The notes beneath the pieces are model-generated. The model was given only the letters and a program-made list of their open reading frames with translations, did not search any database and was not told the origin of the DNA. A program made the translations under genes and the position numbers. 64,000 bases of DNA from Raillietiella orientalis (lineage: Eukaryota). This document shows, piece by piece, positions 62,601-64,000 of this stretch; positions within the stretch are counted from its first letter, which is position 1; each line of letters begins with the position of its first letter. Location: NCBI GenBank assembly GCA_036172245.1, contig JAYWIR010000048.1, positions 744,001-808,000 of the forward strand, written 5' to 3'.

Positions 62601-62959
62601 GAGGCCAAATGGGTGTTTCTAGTTGATTATAGGGGGTCATTATGGAACGACATCCATTGCTGCATTGGTAAACAAGAACAGTGTTTGAGCATCGGTCGGA
62701 TTAGGTTGTGGTCCCCACAAAAATGTGGAGGCAATCGAACAGGGTATATGAACCTCATCTGGAGAGGATCCTCATCCGCAAACGATATAATGAGCTTCTC
62801 TTTGCACGTTGCATCTGCAAAGGGCACGGCGGAGAAAACGGAGCAAAAGCAAAGAATGGGAGCGCGAGGAGGGAAAACGGGAAGTTTACTTTTGCGTTGG
62901 TAAGAAAGCAAGGGATGAACCAGTTGCTGGGGCGACCGCCTCCAGACTCGGGAAGGTGC

Positions 62960-64000
62960 CAGTCTTCGCCGGGAGGAAGCGCTCGCGTGATGGTGGTCTC
63001 ACTCGCAGTCGGACTTTGCCGTTCCTTTCCTACGTGCACGCCCACGGGAAATACCAACCGCGGTGACACGTCGTCGTGGAAACCAGGTCTCCGGAAGCCC
63101 CTGGGGATTCGAAGACGAGCGCAATCCGCCATCGGCGAATGGAGGAGCAGCACAACGGCTGAGAAGGAGCCGCGGTTCCGCAGGCGAAAGCGACATGGAA
63201 GCGGTTCCCGAAGCAGGAAAACCGAGGACTGCGAGGTGGGGACAGGGTAGGGGGGCCCGGAAAGAGCATCCTTCCAGCATCGCTTCTCCACTTTGTAAAA
63301 AAAAAAGAACATCCTGTTTTGTTCTTCAAGATCCGGTTTGTTTCGGTGGCGGCGATCAAAGAGCTGGAAAATTGGATTGCAGAGCCAAAGTAAACAAAGC
63401 AATAACTGAAGTGCAAAGTTCCCTTGCTTTACTTCGACTGTTTTTATCAGCTTTCTTTCCCGCTCTCTCCCTCCCTTTTTTTGTTTTCCTTACTCCGCAT
63501 AAGAGATGGTTCCATTTGCATGAGAAAAAAGCACGAACCAAAAAAAAAGGCACAGATAGGAGCAGTGTAACGCCGAAGATTCTTGAGGGAGATAGGCGCT
63601 ACCGCATCCAGCAGCTGACAAAGGAGTCGGTCGCCATTGCCAGCAGCAGTCGTTCACCTGTCTTCCCGCCCCTTTTGCTTGCGAACGTCGGGCAGTTCTT
63701 TTTGTCGCCGCTCCGGAGCACCGCAGGTCGAGGACTTCGCCCGCTCTCACTTTCCTGGGAGGGCAGTCACAGCTGGCACACGTCACAGCCCTGCAGCGCG
63801 CCCTGCGGTCAAATCGCTCGCCGCGCCCACGCTTCTGGAGAGCAGACTCCGCGCTCCTTGGCTCTCCGTTGACTCGCCCGGTGCCAGCGGCTGTCCCCTT
63901 TAGAAAGAGGGAAGGCCACGACGGCGTTGATGACGAGCCGAGCATCCCTAAGGGCGCCTGGTCGGCATCTCGCTGCTCCCCTCCTCCGCCCACGCGCGGG
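62960..64000 (+). mobile_element. 5' end of a LINE: GC-rich leader plus ORF1 remnant
   Basis: Leader motifs shared with 26775-26690 (minus) and 40976-41030; ORF1 knuckle-like LESRLRAPW......PGASGCP ~63835-63900. Confidence 0.45.

Overview
Animal (most likely arthropod) genomic DNA, with no prokaryote-style operons, rRNA, tRNA or CRISPR array that I can support. The one clear host gene is a minus-strand Dpr-family two-Ig-domain cell-surface protein. Four phase-compatible exons can be reconstructed by eye (50455-50274, 43391-43278, 31266-31158, 27166-26885); its first and last exons were not found. Most of the remaining sequence, introns included, is a dense graveyard of deletion-eroded L1/Tx1-like non-LTR retrotransposons on both strands, recognised by remnant APE endonuclease, RT, zf-RVT and ORF1 motifs. 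There are also two pogo/Tigger-type MITEs, an SRRM2/Cwc21-like pseudogene fragment, a 45-bp x3 tandem repeat and a ~100-bp inverted-repeat pair. The most unusual signals belong to the retroelement family: (i) a conserved multi-hairpin 3' terminus (stem-loops, AATAAA, GC hairpin, ...CAG) with no poly(A) tail; (ii) an inverted copy of the terminal motif at the apparent 5' boundary of at least one element; (iii) recurrent tail-to-tail packing; (iv) a cryptic ~39-bp tandem array inside ORF2 of three copies; (v) a shared GC-rich 5' leader. Element boundaries are approximate because all alignments were done by eye. Most long ORFs in the supplied track are chance or antisense frames of decayed LINEs.
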